Positions 30,901-38,463 of a DNA stretch of 64,000 nucleotides are shown here, one piece after another. Source of the DNA: a virus; the IMG/VR virus record IMGVR_UViG_3300038465_000158, positions 32,686 to 96,685 of that record. One strand, 5' to 3'. Position numbers and translations under genes: made by a program. The first letter of the stretch is position 1. Each line of letters begins with the position of its first letter. Under the pieces are notes generated by a model that made no database searches, was not told the origin of the DNA, and saw only the letters and a program-made list of their open reading frames with translations.

Positions 30901-31971
30901 ACAGATGCAGTAGCAAGAACGCAAGCAGTATTTATTCGTTCTACTACTGATTCTTCTACAAACGTAGATGCAGTTACACGAGTAGAGACTGAAAATCGAA
31001 ATGCAATAGACAACAGCAATAACGCTGACACAACAACTCGTTCTGCCGCGTTCGTTCGCTCTGTTTCAGACACTTCACTCAACTCTGACATTGCTACTAG
31101 ATCAACAACCGCGGTTCGTGCAGCGGCAGATTCTTCAATCAACAATGACAATGCTACAAAATCAACAATGTACTTCAGAATTTGCGCGGATGCAAGTACA
31201 AATGCAGATTCTGCTTCACGGTCGGCGACGTTCGCTAGCCGAAATGCGATTGACTCATCGCTCAATGTAGACGCTACCATTCGCAGTCAAGTCTTCGTAC
31301 GATCTATTGCTGATGCGTCAACAAATACTGATGTTGCTGTCAATTCCAGCGGTCTTCCAACTAGATTTGCGAATGATTCTTCAGTCGACAATGACAACGC
31401 CACGAGAACGCATTCTGCAACACGGTCAACATCCGATTCGAGCATCAATACGGATAATGCTTCTGGCTCGCGGTCAACAAGCCATTCCGCAACAGATTCT
31501 TCTCTCAATACAGATACTGTCGCTGCGTTGACAATAATGACTCGAACGATAACCGATGCAAGTCATAATGCGGATTCCATCAACCAGTACATTACGTTCA
31601 CTCGAACTACTACAGATCTTTCGATAAATGTAGATGTCGCTACACGCGCAACTGGACTTTACCGAGGAATTGCTGACCAGTCATTCAATACTGACATCAC
31701 AACTCGCCGATTCATTGTTACCCGAAGCACCGTCGATACTTCTCTTAACACAGACGTTGCAGTCGGTACCTCCACGTCAAAGAGCAACATTGTCATCACA
31801 TCTGCGACTGTAGGCATTCTCACTAGCGTCACAAATGCACTCGGAATCTCAACTTCAACAAGTAATTCAACAACAATAGAAGCTTCGGTAGACGTTTCAA
31901 TCGATGTTGCGACTACTGTTGATAGTGATATTCAAGATGCAGACACAGTCTCAACGAATGTACGAGTGTAA
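27985..31971 (+). CDS. 1328-aa tandem-repeat protein, probably a virion fibre
   Basis: Roughly 60 repeats of 20-21 aa, consensus R-T-A-T-D-S-S-[IVL]-N-T-D-A-x-x-R; N-terminus MPLG..YLG..YLG. Confidence 0.8.
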   Translation: MPLGSNYLGQAYLGQGRAPQRFTRTATDSSVNTDAVVRTYGPTRFATDFSLNTDAATRTFAQIRTTTDSSVNTDATTRTTQTLIRTTTDNSVNTDAIIRAIQVFTRTATDSSINTDAVTRIQGRTRSATDASVNTDAIIRSVQTLVRAASDSSANTDVVTATKVFIRAASDSSINTDAVVRAVQIFIRVATDSSVNTDVAARTISRVRTTTDSSINTDSVSRNVQIFSRATTDTSTNTDSVTRGPLIFTRTATDTSLNADAAVRIVAITQTATDSSINTDAAVRSVQIFIRTATDASLNTDSVVRSFVKLRTTTDSSINTDVVTRATIIFIRTTADSSVNTDNAAHSFIIARTATDSSVNTDVVVRSVLALARSASDSSINTDIVIRTMQIFVRTVTDASINTDAVARTFIFARSVADSSVNADVATTPLVNRTASDASVNTDTVLRTFIWIRVASDSSVNTDAAIRAAQTLVRTATDNSINTDSAARSSQIFARSATDASVNTDNAIRSLTVIRVATDTSINTDAVIRSVQTFIRTISDSSTNTDVAVRIRSAVRAAIDSSINTDAIVRAVQTFIRSATDAALNTDAVVRSFVEIRTITDTSLTADTVIRTQTFVRTVTDASVNTDSVIRQLTFARTCSDVSINTDSASRTRLIIRTTADASINTDAVVRSIQVFVRSTNDSSVNTDSVVSTLTIVRSSADSSLNTDMISRAIQAFIRSAVDASINTDSASQSQIAIRIAADSSVNTDVTTRGTQVFARTAGDNSINTDTAIRARTISRTAADASVNTDAVARTIQIFIRSNTDSSLNTDATVRSTHIFVRSAAESSLNTDAVTRSIIIFIRNAVDSSVNADAITRTQAISRSTSDTSLNTDTVVRTFIRIRTTNDSSLNTDSVQRSFMQIRTSTDASVNTDIATQSESLHRVVTDSSLNTDVTIRAAQLFIRGITDSSLNTDNAGISNAILRFASDTSIDTDAVARTQAVFIRSTTDSSTNVDAVTRVETENRNAIDNSNNADTTTRSAAFVRSVSDTSLNSDIATRSTTAVRAAADSSINNDNATKSTMYFRICADASTNADSASRSATFASRNAIDSSLNVDATIRSQVFVRSIADASTNTDVAVNSSGLPTRFANDSSVDNDNATRTHSATRSTSDSSINTDNASGSRSTSHSATDSSLNTDTVAALTIMTRTITDASHNADSINQYITFTRTTTDLSINVDVATRATGLYRGIADQSFNTDITTRRFIVTRSTVDTSLNTDVAVGTSTSKSNIVITSATVGILTSVTNALGISTSTSNSTTIEASVDVSIDVATTVDSDIQDADTVSTNVRV
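28050..31765 (+). repeat. Coding tandem repeat of 60/63-nt units, degenerate at DNA level
   Basis: Recurrent GATTC...TCAAYACNGAY with heavy synonymous divergence. Confidence 0.85.
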
Positions 31972-32001
31972 TTAAATAGAATTGAATCGAGCAAGGAGTT
32001 G

Positions 32002-32325
32002 ATGGCAGCGACGTTAACGCAACCAGATACATTTGATGAAGGTAATGTACTCGTCTTCACATCAACATGGGTTGATGAATTAACGCAAGAACCCACGAAT
32101 CCAGGAGCAGTTGCGTTCGGCTATCGAGTGAACGGTGGCATAGTACAACCGTTTATTTTTGGCTCAAGTAGCATGACAAATCCAATTACTGGCACGTTCA
32201 CAATTAGTATTCCTTCGCGCGGATTTCCTGGAGTGTGGAAATGGCAATGGGAATCTACTGGTAGCGGTGAAGGCCAGAAGAACGGCGCAATCACGGTTGT
32301 GCCGATGCCGATGTCACTATTATGA
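32002..32325 (+). CDS. Small Ig-like virion-module protein
   Basis: AAGGAG RBS; TGTFTISI...PGVWKWQW.STG. Confidence 0.6.
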   Translation: MAATLTQPDTFDEGNVLVFTSTWVDELTQEPTNPGAVAFGYRVNGGIVQPFIFGSSSMTNPITGTFTISIPSRGFPGVWKWQWESTGSGEGQKNGAITVVPMPMSLL

Positions 32326-32960
32326 CCGACGATTCTCGTCTCGAATCACTTGGACAATTCACGCCAGAAGGAGTTCTCACTCCTGGCTACGGCGACCATT
32401 ACTTATTCCTGGTCGGTCGAGATGATTGCCACGGTATTCTTCACTACCTCATCCCGAAAGAGCGGTTATTCTTCAAATTCAACATGTTCGGATTTGACGA
32501 TGACATCTTGAATGCCGACATCATGGCGCTTTTCCAAGACCCTGGAGTTCGAGTCCAGGCATCGCTTGACCGTTCTCAAGCTGGCGGAGTTCACGAAAAG
32601 AAAATCATCGCCTTGGATGAGCAGAATGACGCGACGGACTTCAGCAACAGTTTTGTAATCTTGGAATCAGCAACTCATCAAATCAGTCATACGAAGGGCG
32701 GTGTGCTGGTCGGCCAAGGTCTCGGCTTTGAAGGGTCGATGAACTGGAGCAACTCTGGAGAAGGAACTGGCATCAGCCTCAAAGCAGATGTAAAGAATCC
32801 TTCAGGTTTCAAAGCACAGAACAATACTCTTCTTGTCTCGGTGAATCCAATTTTCCTGGCGCGATTCTCTGCCCAACTCGATGCTGAACATCAGATTGGA
32901 ATTGCTCAAAATGCAGCGAAGAGTACGGCGGTGAAAGACAATTTCACGCCAGGAACGTAG
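32322..32960 (+). CDS. Phospholipase D-superfamily protein (single HxK motif)
   Basis: MFGFDD, LDRSQ, and SHTKGGVLVG...EGSMNWS...QNN; the Asp of HKD is absent. Confidence 0.7.
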   Translation: MTDDSRLESLGQFTPEGVLTPGYGDHYLFLVGRDDCHGILHYLIPKERLFFKFNMFGFDDDILNADIMALFQDPGVRVQASLDRSQAGGVHEKKIIALDEQNDATDFSNSFVILESATHQISHTKGGVLVGQGLGFEGSMNWSNSGEGTGISLKADVKNPSGFKAQNNTLLVSVNPIFLARFSAQLDAEHQIGIAQNAAKSTAVKDNFTPGT

Positions 32961-32988
32961 TGTAAGATTTACCTAGCGCGGTACGAGG

Positions 32989-33483
32989 ATGCAAGATGAG
33001 CCAACTATGATGGACCCCCAGTTTTACAGCCTCTTTGACAAAGGGCGTCAACTTGACTTCGAAGGCTACCTTCTTGCGAGCGCGACCTCGTACACGAATA
33101 AAAAGCCTCGATGGTTCGTTGTCAGCATCTACAAGACTCTCGGCGGAAAGTACATCGTTTCTGGAATGGGTCGAAGTGACATTGTTCACCGCCCGGACTG
33201 CTCCCAAATGAAGGACAATAATCCCCTTCTTCGACTACCGGAGACTCGGTCGGTGCAATGCGACACGTGTAGACCGAATCTTCATGAGAAAGTCGTCCAT
33301 GAAGTCAACCGTGAATGGGCTCAAGTCTCTGATGACCCGAAAGCAATTATTGAACGTCTTCGACTCAAAGACAGCGACGGCGTCTGGTACATACCGACAA
33401 CATCTTTGACGGCGCTTCTTGAGGCAGCCGAAAAAGATGAAGGAATTAAGTTCGCGTTCTACACACCGCAACACATTGAATGA
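32989..33483 (+). CDS. Hypothetical protein (His/Cys motif)
   Basis: RWF..SIYKT..G.Y, H..DC...C.TC.P; GAGG RBS. Confidence 0.6.
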   Translation: MQDEPTMMDPQFYSLFDKGRQLDFEGYLLASATSYTNKKPRWFVVSIYKTLGGKYIVSGMGRSDIVHRPDCSQMKDNNPLLRLPETRSVQCDTCRPNLHEKVVHEVNREWAQVSDDPKAIIERLRLKDSDGVWYIPTTSLTALLEAAEKDEGIKFAFYTPQHIE

Positions 33484-33512
33484 TATAGTTATAACACGAG
33501 TAGTCAAGGACG
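33481..33512 (+). promoter_or_regulatory. Extended -10 promoter plus AAGGACG start-associated motif
   Basis: TGATATAGT at 33481-33489; AAGGACG at 33506-33512. Confidence 0.55.
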
Positions 33513-33519
33513 GTAAGAT

Positions 33520-34356
33520 GTGCTGATATTTTTGGAAGGCGCTGACGGAACGGGGAAGACCACCCTCGCAAATGAGTTGCTAGAATTTTTGGGTGGACCG
33601 GAACATGCTGAAATCCTTCATCGAGGCGTGCCAGTCAGTCACATTCTTGACGAGTACGAACTTCCTCTTTATAACTACCACACGTTCGAGACAAAGTCAA
33701 TCATCTGCGACCGCTGGCATATCGGTGCTGATGTGTACGGACCACTCAAACGAAATGACGGTGGCATCGACCCAGTCATTGGCTGGCACATGGACTCGTT
33801 TTTCAAAGCCAAAGGCGCGTATCTTGTCTACACCGAGATGCCGTTGACCGAACTCGCTGCTCGAGTCATTGAACGCGGTGATGACTACATTGACCCAATT
33901 GAGATTCCAGCCATTATCGCTCGATATCGAGAAGCAATTTCGATGACGACACTTCCTCTCTATGGTTCGACAACTGGATTTCATAATGCTGAAGCCGTGG
34001 CAATTCTTGCTAGTTCCATGGAAATTGGAGCAGCTCAAATCGGCATGTTCAAATCGTACGTCGGTCCACGTCGACCAGTGAAGTTATATGTCGGCAAATC
34101 TCCGACTCCTATCGCGTTCATGCCGTATGAGAATACACCGTCGTATGACATCATCAAGACTCTCGGTGCTCTAAATCCAGTTCATGCCGGATTTATTGAT
34201 TGCCGAGAAGATTTAGCGAGAGCATGGGACGCTCTCTACAACCCGTTCGTCATTGCACTCGATGAAGATGCAGACGCCGCATGTCACAGTGCCCAGATAC
34301 CATTTAACAAGTCAAAGGACGAAGACCCATGGAAATTCACAACAACCATCTCCTAA
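33520..34356 (+). CDS. Thymidylate/dNMP kinase with C-terminal extension
   Basis: LIFLEGADGTGKTT P-loop, ICDRW, RGDDY. Confidence 0.85.
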   Translation: MLIFLEGADGTGKTTLANELLEFLGGPEHAEILHRGVPVSHILDEYELPLYNYHTFETKSIICDRWHIGADVYGPLKRNDGGIDPVIGWHMDSFFKAKGAYLVYTEMPLTELAARVIERGDDYIDPIEIPAIIARYREAISMTTLPLYGSTTGFHNAEAVAILASSMEIGAAQIGMFKSYVGPRRPVKLYVGKSPTPIAFMPYENTPSYDIIKTLGALNPVHAGFIDCREDLARAWDALYNPFVIALDEDADAACHSAQIPFNKSKDEDPWKFTTTIS

Positions 34357-35204
34357 TTGAAGATGTTCGCTGGGACTATCCTGAGCTATTGAAGATGCTT
34401 CGGGACCACGGAGAGGAGACAAGTCCTCGCGGCCAACCGACTCGAGAAATCATCGACGTAGTCATGAAACTTGACCCTCACTCTGCTATCGTCCATGGAA
34501 TCAATCGTCGACTGAGCATGAAACTCATCAGCATGGAATCACTCACTCTTATCACTGGCACCTCATATCCACAACGGCTCATCAAAGCTGCTCCTAACAT
34601 GGCACGATACTTGGACGGTGAAGTGTTTCACGGACATTATGGAGTACGAATTGGCGCTCAACTTGCTGGAGTCATCAATCGTCTAAAGGCGGACAAAGAT
34701 ACTCGCCAAGCACTCATCACAATTTGGGACCCAATTCTTGACTTGTTCAACGGAGTCCAACCAAAGGACGTTCCATGCACCACAATTCTTCAGTTCTTGA
34801 TTCGCAAAGACCAACTCGTACTTCATGTCACGATGCGAAGCAATGACGTATGGTGGGGCACTCCCCATGACTGGGGTCAATTCTCGCAACTCCAACTCGC
34901 AATCGCCAATGTTCTCGGTATCGAGGCTGGACCGTACTACCACCACGCTGTCTCGTTTCATCTCTACGAAAAAGACTTCGACAAAATTGATTTACTCACG
35001 CAACCGATTCAAGTACTTGAACGACATGACGGTCTTGGTTGGGAGAACATCAGTCTCGAAGATTTGAAGACGGTTGCAGAGACACTCATTGAATGTCCGA
35101 TAGTCGTATCCCCCAATGGATTCACAGAAGAGTGGCATAAAAAGCAACAAATAGCAATCGATGTAATGGATGAGAGGTCTGATGCAACGCATATCTTGGG
35201 ATGA
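34329..35204 (+). CDS. Thymidylate synthase-family enzyme with cytosine-type Asp (dCMP methylase/hydroxymethylase-like)
   Basis: SPRG..TRE, YG.RI, DTRQA, KDVPCT, MRSNDVWWGTPHD, SFHLY. Confidence 0.85.
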   Translation: MEIHNNHLLIEDVRWDYPELLKMLRDHGEETSPRGQPTREIIDVVMKLDPHSAIVHGINRRLSMKLISMESLTLITGTSYPQRLIKAAPNMARYLDGEVFHGHYGVRIGAQLAGVINRLKADKDTRQALITIWDPILDLFNGVQPKDVPCTTILQFLIRKDQLVLHVTMRSNDVWWGTPHDWGQFSQLQLAIANVLGIEAGPYYHHAVSFHLYEKDFDKIDLLTQPIQVLERHDGLGWENISLEDLKTVAETLIECPIVVSPNGFTEEWHKKQQIAIDVMDERSDATHILG

Positions 35205-35670
35205 GCTCTGGATGGGAACGGCGAAGTTGGTCGGTCAACGAAGTCTTTGCTCTCGTGCTCAATACGGCGCCGTCATCGTTTCCGAAGACAACAGGATTCT
35301 GTCAGTCGGCTACAACGGTCCACCAGCAAATGCTGGTTACATCTCTGGATGCGAGAATTGGTGCGTTCGAGCAATGAATGCAAGAGAACTTGGTGAAGAC
35401 CATGTCGATCCACATCACGGTGATTGTCATGCTATTCACGCTGAGATGAACTCAGTTCTTCGAGCAGGAAATCTTTGGCTTGAAAAGGCACCGACACTCT
35501 ACGTCAATGCAGTCACGTGCCTTCGCTGCGCTCTCATGACATCGAATTCTGGCGTTCGTCGCATCGTCATGCTTGTCACGCCGTATGAGGAAAAGCGTGA
35601 CCCGATAGCAACGGAAGCGCTGTTCAAGCAGTACGACATCAAGGTCACCGTCATCAAGGAGCAAGATTGA
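35182..35670 (+). CDS. dCMP deaminase
   Basis: RSLCSRAQYGAVIV, GYNGPP, HAEMN, TCLRC. Confidence 0.9.
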   Translation: MQRISWDELWMGTAKLVGQRSLCSRAQYGAVIVSEDNRILSVGYNGPPANAGYISGCENWCVRAMNARELGEDHVDPHHGDCHAIHAEMNSVLRAGNLWLEKAPTLYVNAVTCLRCALMTSNSGVRRIVMLVTPYEEKRDPIATEALFKQYDIKVTVIKEQD

Positions 35671-37451
35671 GTCTCGGAAACCCCAACCTAGAAATTGTCA
35701 ACTCAGTAGAGTCCGCCGGTAAATTCATGACATGGTTAGGAGAACGGCGAGACGTTCTAGGATTTGACACAGAAACCACCGGACTTGACCCTAACATTGA
35801 CAAACTTCGTCTTGTGCAATTCGGCGACCTCGGCACCGGCTGGGCGATTCCTTGGAGCCAATGGGGCGGAGTTTCATTAGAAGCAATTTCTAAGTACCGA
35901 GACAAGCCTATGGTCGGTCACAACGCGAAATTCGATGTGAGATTCCTCGAGTTCCACGGTAATATTCGTATGCCCCGTGAGAACATCCATGACACTCGAT
36001 TGATGTGCCATATTCTTAATCCCGCTGGTTCGACGGCATTGAAGAGCAACGCGGCACGATTGGTCGACCCGACGGCGGCATACGCCAGCAAGCAACTTGA
36101 TGAGGTCATGAGTCAGCAGCACTGGACGTGGGCGACTGTCCCGGTCGACTTCCAGCTTTACTGGTGCTACGGTGCGCTTGATACTGTGTTGACGGCGCAT
36201 CTTTACGACAAACTCAAGCCGCAAATTGACCAAGGTTACAAGGACGTCTACGACCTCGAACAGGCAGTCCAATGGGTTCTTGCCGATATGGAGGCCAGGG
36301 GCTCTAGAATCGATCTGGAGTACACTCGTGACAAATCAGCACAACTCGCCGCATATGCAGATTCAATTGAAGATTGGTGCAAAACTACGTACGGCTTTGG
36401 GCCTGGTCAAAACACGAAAGTCGCGCAGCAACTCAATGCTCTCGGCGCGGACCTCGGCCGTCGTACGACGACTGGTGCATTCAAGTTAGACGAGTCAGTT
36501 CTTGAAGAAGTTCTCGGTTGCGAGTTCGAAGACGCAAAAACGAGGACCGACTTCACAGAAGCGCAGGAATTGGCGTATCGAGTACTCGGTCGACGAAAAG
36601 CTGAGAAGATTCGGTCGACGTATCTCGACCCATTCCTCGATTTTGTCGATGCAGACGGCTTTGTCCATCCTCGTATGAATCAAGTCGGGGCGCGTACGGG
36701 CCGCATGTCAATGGAACGACCAGCACTTCAAACTCTTCCGCGAGGACGAGTCGTTCGTGACTGCTTCATTCCTCGAGATGGGAACGGTCTTCTCAGCGCA
36801 GACTTCGACGGCATTGAGATGCGATGCCTTGCTCATTACGCTCAAGACCCCGCTCTCATTGACGCTATCAACTCCGGTGATATTCACCTTGCCACCGCTC
36901 GTCAAGTCTACAAAGACAACACGATTGAAAAGAAAGACATTCGACGGCAAATCGCAAAGAGCGTCGGGTTCGCCAAGATTTACGGCGCAGGCCCTGAGAA
37001 AATTGCGTGGACGGCTGGAATCTCACTTGACGATGCAAAACGCTTTCTTGCTCAGTACGACGTAATGTTTCCTGGAGTCAAGACGTTCCAGAATACCGTC
37101 GCTCAAGTTGTCAAGCAGCGCAAACAAGAGACAGGAATCGCGTCGGTCCATACACCGATTGGTCGACTTGAACTCGCGCCAGATGACCGTGACTATGCTC
37201 TCGTCAACGCTCTCATTCAGGGTATGGCAGCAGACGTCTTCAAGGAAGCGCTTGTCCGACTTGACAATTCAGAGGCTGGGCAATTTCTCATGCTGCCGGT
37301 CCATGACGAAATCATTGCTGATGTACCATTGGAACTAATGGATGACGTTAAAGTCACAATTCAACGAACCATGTCGGACGACAGATGGGCAGTGCCATTG
37401 ACAGTTGGCATTGATGGTCCGCTCGAACGCTGGGGTGCAAAATATCATTAA
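35667..37451 (+). CDS. polA: DNA polymerase family A with 3'-5' exonuclease
   Basis: DTETTG, HNAKFD, YGALD exonuclease motifs; RTGRMS, ADFDGIEMR, R..AK...F..IYG and VHDE polymerase motifs. Confidence 0.95.
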   Translation: MSLGNPNLEIVNSVESAGKFMTWLGERRDVLGFDTETTGLDPNIDKLRLVQFGDLGTGWAIPWSQWGGVSLEAISKYRDKPMVGHNAKFDVRFLEFHGNIRMPRENIHDTRLMCHILNPAGSTALKSNAARLVDPTAAYASKQLDEVMSQQHWTWATVPVDFQLYWCYGALDTVLTAHLYDKLKPQIDQGYKDVYDLEQAVQWVLADMEARGSRIDLEYTRDKSAQLAAYADSIEDWCKTTYGFGPGQNTKVAQQLNALGADLGRRTTTGAFKLDESVLEEVLGCEFEDAKTRTDFTEAQELAYRVLGRRKAEKIRSTYLDPFLDFVDADGFVHPRMNQVGARTGRMSMERPALQTLPRGRVVRDCFIPRDGNGLLSADFDGIEMRCLAHYAQDPALIDAINSGDIHLATARQVYKDNTIEKKDIRRQIAKSVGFAKIYGAGPEKIAWTAGISLDDAKRFLAQYDVMFPGVKTFQNTVAQVVKQRKQETGIASVHTPIGRLELAPDDRDYALVNALIQGMAADVFKEALVRLDNSEAGQFLMLPVHDEIIADVPLELMDDVKVTIQRTMSDDRWAVPLTVGIDGPLERWGAKYH

Positions 37452-38004
37452 GAAATACGTTGTTTACGGTCTAGTTGACCCAAGGACAAACGAAATTCGC
37501 TACGTCGGCAAAACTCGACAGTTGCTTAAAAATCGGCTTAAGAAGCATTATGAAGACGCAAGTAATCCTCAAAATATTCGTCATAAGGCACAATGGTTTA
37601 GAGTTTTAAAGCAAAATGGGTTAAGACCCTCTGTAAAAATTCTACAAAAATGCGCAGATAACGAAAAAGCATGCGCTGCAGAAATTTGGTGGATTAGTCA
37701 CTTAAAATCAACTGGTGTGGATTTAACTAATCTCACGTCTGGCGGAGACGCAGGCGACGGTTGGCATCACACAGAAGAAGTAAAAAAGAAAATGAGTTTG
37801 CTAAGCACTGGTAGAAAACGTTCTCAAAAGTCTATTGAAGCAACTGCCGCAGCACATCGCGGTAGAAAACGTTCTGAAGAAACGCGGCAAAAAATTAGTG
37901 TAGCACTTCGTGGCAAAAATTTATCGCAACAAACTCGGCAAAAAATGAGCGAAACACATCTAGCAAGAAATCAAAAACTTCGTGAAAATGGTTTATCAAA
38001 GTAG
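37435..38004 (+). mobile_element. Free-standing GIY-YIG homing endonuclease with NUMOD3-like repeats
   Basis: VYGLVDPRTNEIRYVGKT, E..WI, LTN..SGGD, HTEEVKKKMS and GRKRSEETRQKIS repeats; AT-rich; exact start uncertain (37405-37435). Confidence 0.85.
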
Positions 38005-38417
38005 TGGCTGTTGACCCTGGTGGCATCACTGGTTATGTTATTTGGACAGACGGTGAACGCGTAGAAAATGAGCTTAAAGCGAATGAGTTTGTGCAATTTA
38101 TCGCTGATTTAGTTGAGCAAAATAAAATTGATTGCATTGTATGCGAACGTTTTATAGTAACTTCTCAAACTGGCAAGTTTTCACAAGCAAATTGGTCACT
38201 CGAACAAATTGGTGTTCTTAAATTTTTAAGTGCACGATTTCATATTTCGTTTGTTCTTCAAAATGTAAGTGATGCGAAACGGTTTGCGTCAGACGAACGA
38301 TTGAATAGTGTCGGATGGACAAAACCAAAAGGAGCAGGGCACGCAAGAGATGCGCAACGGCATTTACTTTTATATCTAGTCAATCAAAAACTTTTGGATT
38401 TGAAATTACTCATATGA
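37995..38417 (+). CDS. RuvC-like Holliday junction resolvase (probable ATC start at 37995; GTG at 38004)
   Basis: KVVAVDPGGITG, IVCERF, HARDAQRH. Confidence 0.8.
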   Translation: MKVVAVDPGGITGYVIWTDGERVENELKANEFVQFIADLVEQNKIDCIVCERFIVTSQTGKFSQANWSLEQIGVLKFLSARFHISFVLQNVSDAKRFASDERLNSVGWTKPKGAGHARDAQRHLLLYLVNQKLLDLKLLI

Positions 38418-38428
38418 ATGCATAAATA

Positions 38429-38457
38429 TGTTATAATGTCTGTAGAGCACAAGGACG
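38429..38457 (+). promoter_or_regulatory. Extended -10 promoter plus AAGGACG motif
   Basis: TGTTATAAT at 38429-38437; AAGGACG at 38451-38457. Confidence 0.65.
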
Positions 38458-38463
38458 GAGAAG

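Noticed and set aside
28842-31508. Long minus-strand ORFs with repeats
   Set aside because: Antisense shadows of the repeat protein.
28050-31765. Periodic DNA repeats resembling a CRISPR array
   Set aside because: Units are in-frame 60/63-nt coding repeats with synonymous variation; there are no identical repeats with unique spacers and no cas operon.
35667-38004. Group I intron or intein in polA linked to the GIY-YIG gene
   Set aside because: polA contains all motifs contiguously and ends before the endonuclease body; no splice or intein signatures were seen.
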